The notes under the pieces: generated by a model | What the model was told of the DNA's origin: nothing | What the model saw: the letters and a program-made list of their open reading frames with translations, nothing else | Databases searched by the model: none | Part shown: piece by piece, positions 59,878 to 64,000 of the stretch | Layout of the letters: the number at the start of each line of letters is the position of its first letter | How positions within the stretch are numbered: position 1 is the stretch's first letter | Translations under genes and position numbers: made by a program | DNA from: Torpedo marmorata | Taxonomy: Eukaryota | Direction of reading: 5' to 3' | Assembly (NCBI GenBank): GCA_977017645.1 | Contig: OZ360220.1 | Coordinates: 134,850,001-134,914,000, forward strand | DNA length: 64,000 nt

Positions 59878-62800
59878 ATGATGGATAGTAAGAATATAAA
59901 TTTACTAAGCATTAATATAAATGGGCTTAACAATCCGATTAAAAGAAAGAGAACCGTAGCATATATTAAAAAGTTGAATGTAGATATAGCTTTTTTACAG
60001 GAGACCCATTTGATAGATTCGGAACACCAAAAATTAAAAAGAGAATGGGTTGGTCAAGTGGTGGCTTCTTCATTTAACTCTAAAGCAAGAGGGGTAGCTA
60101 TATTAATTAATAAAAAGTTACCTTTTAAGATACAATCGGTAGTTATAGATGTGGCAGGAAGATATGTTTTGATACATTGCCAGATTTATTCAGAATTTTG
60201 GACACTTATGAATTTGTATGTGTCAAATGTAGATGATGAGCAATTTATTCAGGATGCTTTTTTACATTTGTCAGAAGCTAATGAGAATATTTTAATTGGG
60301 GGAGACTTCAATTGTTGTCTAGATTCAATAATGGATAGAACTTCAAGATCACCTGTTAAAGCTAAAATTGTTAAAAGAGTTCTTACTTTGATGAAAGATT
60401 TAAATTTAATTGATATTTGGAGGAAATTGAATCCTAGGGAAAAAGATTATTCTTTTTATTCTTTTAGACATGATTCATATTCTAGGATAGATTTATTTTT
60501 ATTGTCTTCTCAAGTTCAAGATAGAATAACGCAAGCATCTTATAAAGCGAGAATAATCTCTGATCATTCACCTTTATTATAATCTTGTATAATTCCGGAA
60601 AAAGAAAAAACTGTATATAGTTGGAGATTTAATTCATCTTTATTAAAAAGGAAAGATTTTTGTGAATATATGAGAAGGGAAATTCAGGAATTTTTGCAAA
60701 TAAACTGTAATTCTACTGATAATAAATTTATTATTTGGGAAGCTTTAAAAGCTTATTTAAGAGGTCAAATAATAAGTTATTCAGTAAAAATTAAGAAAGA
60801 TTATCTTAAGGAAGTAGAAAAACTTGAGAAGGAGATTGAATGTTTGGAAAAAGATTTACAAAAAAAAGATCAATTCAAAAAAGAAACCATTTAATAGGGA
60901 AGAAATTACATTATAATTTATTACAAACATATAAAATGGAAAAATTAATTGAAAGAACTAAACAAAGGTATTATGAATTAGGAGAAAGAGCTCAAAGTTT
61001 TGGCATGGCAATTAAAAAAAGATCAAATTTCTAGAACTATAAATGCTATAAGGAAAAAAAACTCTGGAGAGATAACTTATAAACCTCGAGAAATAAATGA
61101 TTCTTTTAAAGATTATTATTTGAATTTATATAAATCTCAGATTGATCAAGATGATTCTAAAATTACATTACCTAAACTAAATATTCAAAGTAGAGAATCT
61201 TTAGATTTACCTTTTACAATGAGGGAAGTTAATGAAGTTCGTTCTTCATTAAAGAGTGGTAAATCTCCAGGTGAAGATGGGTTTCCATCAGAATTTTATA
61301 AGGAGTTTAAAGATTTATTAATACCTCCATATATGGAAGTATTGAATCAAATTACGGAAACTCACTCATTACCGGATACTTTTTTAAATGCAATAATTAC
61401 AGTTATACCAAAAAAAATAGAGATGTATTGAAAACTGAATCATATAGACCTATTTCATTGTTAAATGTAGATTATAAGATAATGGCAAAAATTCTAGCAA
61501 ATAGAATGGCTAATTATTTACCAGATTTAATTCATGTAGATCAAGCTGGTTTTATCAAAAATAGATATTCAAAAGATAATATAGCTAGATTGATTAGCTT
61601 AATTAATTTACATAAAAAGAAGGAAGATTTACCATTAGACGCTGAAAAGGCTTTTGATAGATTAGAATGGAATTTTTTATTTAAGGTACTGGAGAAATTT
61701 GGTTTTGGAAATACATTTATTAACTGGATTAAAACTATATATAAAGAACCATCTGCTAAAGTAGTCACAAATGGACAAATTTCTCCAAAATTTCCTTTGA
61801 CTCGATCTACTAGACAGGGATGTCCTCTGTCACCAGCATTATTTATTTTGGCAATAGAACCTTTGGCTGAATTAGTTAGAAAAGATCCTAAAATAGTAGG
61901 TATTAAAGTTGGAATGGAAGAACATAAAATTAGTTTGTTTGCAGATGATGTATTGATATATATGACAAAATCTGTTGCATCTTTAGTACAACTGTCTATT
62001 TTATTGAGAGAATATGGGGAAATATCTGGATATAAAATTAATTCTGATAAAAGTGAGATCATGGCATTATCACAAGGGGATCATAGTAGATGTAAAGAAA
62101 TTACACAATTTAAATGGGCAAAGGAAGGAATTAAATATTTGGGAGTAAGGGTTGATACAAAATTGGCTAATTTATATAAATTAAATTACCTACCATTATT
62201 CGTGAAAATAATGAAAGATTTAGAAAATTGAAAAGATTTACCTATAACTTTATTGGGAAGAGTAAATTGTATTAAAATGAACATTTTTCCAAGAATTCAA
62301 TATCTTTTTCAATCAAATCCTTATGGAATTCCTCAAAAAATTTTTAAAGATTTAAATTCAATTATTAGGAAATTTTTATGGAAAGGAAAGTTAGCAAGAG
62401 TAGGTATGGAAAAATTAACTTGGAATTATGAAATGGGTGGCTTGCAACTTCCTAATTTTCAAAATTATTATAAAGCAGCTCAATTAAAATTTGTTAATGA
62501 ATTTTTTGACTTAACTAAATCTCCTGCTTGGATTAAAATAGAATTAAATAATATAGGTGATGACGCTAAAGAAGAAATTATTTATAAATGGGATTCTAAA
62601 ATAATATCAACAAGAAAGAAAAATTCGCCTATTTTTAAACATTTGTTAGAAATATGGAATGACGGATAAGGAAATAGGAGGAAAAGGATTGATTTCTCCA
62701 AGGATGCCTTTATGTCAAAATGGACTTATTCCATTTACTATTAATAATCAATTATTTAAAATTTGGTTTCAAAAAGGAATTAAGAAGATTAGTGATTGTT

Positions 62801-63630
62801 TTGAAGCTGGGAAATTTATTACGTTTCAAAGAATGAAAGATAAATTTAATATATTAGATAATACACTTTTTGCTTATTATCAAATTAGAGCTTTTCTGAT
62901 TGAGAAATTAGGTTATGCTTTGATTTTACCAAGACAAAATGAATTAGAATTATTAGTTACTAATGGAGATGTTAATAAATTTATTTCTCAAATGTATAAA
63001 TTGTTTCAGAGGAAAATGCCAAAAGTAGGTTTGCATAAATCAAGATTAAAATGGGAATTAGATTTGAATGTAAGAATAGATGAAAATCATTGGAAAGAAT
63101 TATGTAAATTAAGTATGACGAAGATTATTAATGTTAGATATAGATTAGTACAATATAATTTTTTTTCATCAATTATATTTAACACCTAAAAAATTAAGAA
63201 ATTTAATCTGACGTTATCAGGTTTATGTTTTAGATGTAATAAAGAGGAAGGGTCTTTTGTACATTCTACATGGTTTTGTCCAAAAGTTTATGATTTTTGG
63301 TTGAAAGTTAAAATTTTTTTAGATAAAGTATTTAAGATTACATTTCCAATGGATCCTATGATATTTTTGTTTGGAGATATTAGAAAATTTAGTATTAGGA
63401 TGAAACTAAATATGTATCAGATAGAATTTTTGCGAATTGCTTTAGCTGTTTCAAAGAAGTGCATTGCTATTACTTGGAAATCTGATTTAGATTTAGGATT
63501 AGAAAGATGGCATGCAGAACTTCGTTCATGTATACCACTTGAAAAAATTACTTATAATTTACGTAATAAATATCATTTCTTTTTAAAAATTTGGAGCCCA
63601 TATATGAAAGCTGTTGGTTTAAGGATTTGA
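59878..63630 (+). pseudogene. L1 ORF2 (APE endonuclease, RT, C-terminal domain), fragmented
   Basis: Consecutive ORF pieces from 59878-60582 to 63301-63630 separated by stops and frameshifts. Confidence 0.9.
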
Positions 63631-64000
63631 AGATCTCTAGATATCGGATCTGCTGGCATACTTGACCTCCATAATAGAATTAGTTTATAGATTGACATTC
63701 CCCTTACTCTATCTTTTTCTTTCTTTTTCTTTTTTTTCTAATTTTATTTTTTATATTTTTATTTTTATTAGATTAGTGGGGTTGGGAGGGTTGGGGAGGG
63801 AGGGAGGGGGGGTGAAATTGTATCACAAATAATTTGATAATTTTATATTCCATTTTATGTATTTTGTGATTTAAAAATTTTAAATAAAATATTTTTAAAA
63901 AAAATTCACAACTTCTCAGACCGTCAAATGATTTTCATAATTTTTTACTTATTTTTAATTGAGTGATTTCTAATAAACCAGTGCCATCCTTTGATGACTA

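Larger units (their letters stand above)
58907..63903 (+). mobile_element. L1 LINE, 5'-truncated within ORF1, ORF2 broken
   Basis: 15-bp TSD attcacaacttctca at 58892-58906 and 63904-63918; ORF1 LENQSRRNNIKILGLPE...ERAHR; ORF2 NINGLN, LQETH, GGDFN, SDH, KSPGEDGF, YRPISLLN, DAEKAFD, RQGCPLSP, FADD; AATAAA plus A tail. Confidence 0.94.

Overview
Eukaryotic genomic DNA, most likely from a cartilaginous fish (inferred from HE1-type V-SINEs, the CR1/Rex1/L1/Neptune repertoire and the exon sequences). The window lies inside a minus-strand gene, GPSM1 (AGS3; paralog GPSM2 less likely). Four consecutive exons (end of the TPR region into the linker) have canonical AG/GT sites and consistent phases: 58817-58702, 53525-53370, 38875-38767 and 15889-15763. 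The rest is intron, densely filled with nested transposable elements: two young inverted Neptune-type Penelope-like elements (PLEs); three Ty3/Gypsy elements (Gmr1-type with deleted RT, CsRn1-type, and a deleted one carrying a CR1); a 5'-truncated L1; CR1 and Rex1/Babar LINEs; V-SINEs; and several Tc1/mariner-pogo and hAT MITEs. Most short ORFs in the track are shadow or low-complexity ORFs. No prokaryote-type system (CRISPR, operon) is present. The most notable non-coding signal is a family of minimal hammerhead-ribozyme-like motifs with covarying stems in the PLE 3' ends, four of them sense to the host pre-mRNA. Also notable are a MITE-borne 27-bp hairpin array and a perfect 21-bp hairpin derived from a collapsed MITE. 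All calls were made by eye; TE boundaries without TSDs are approximate.
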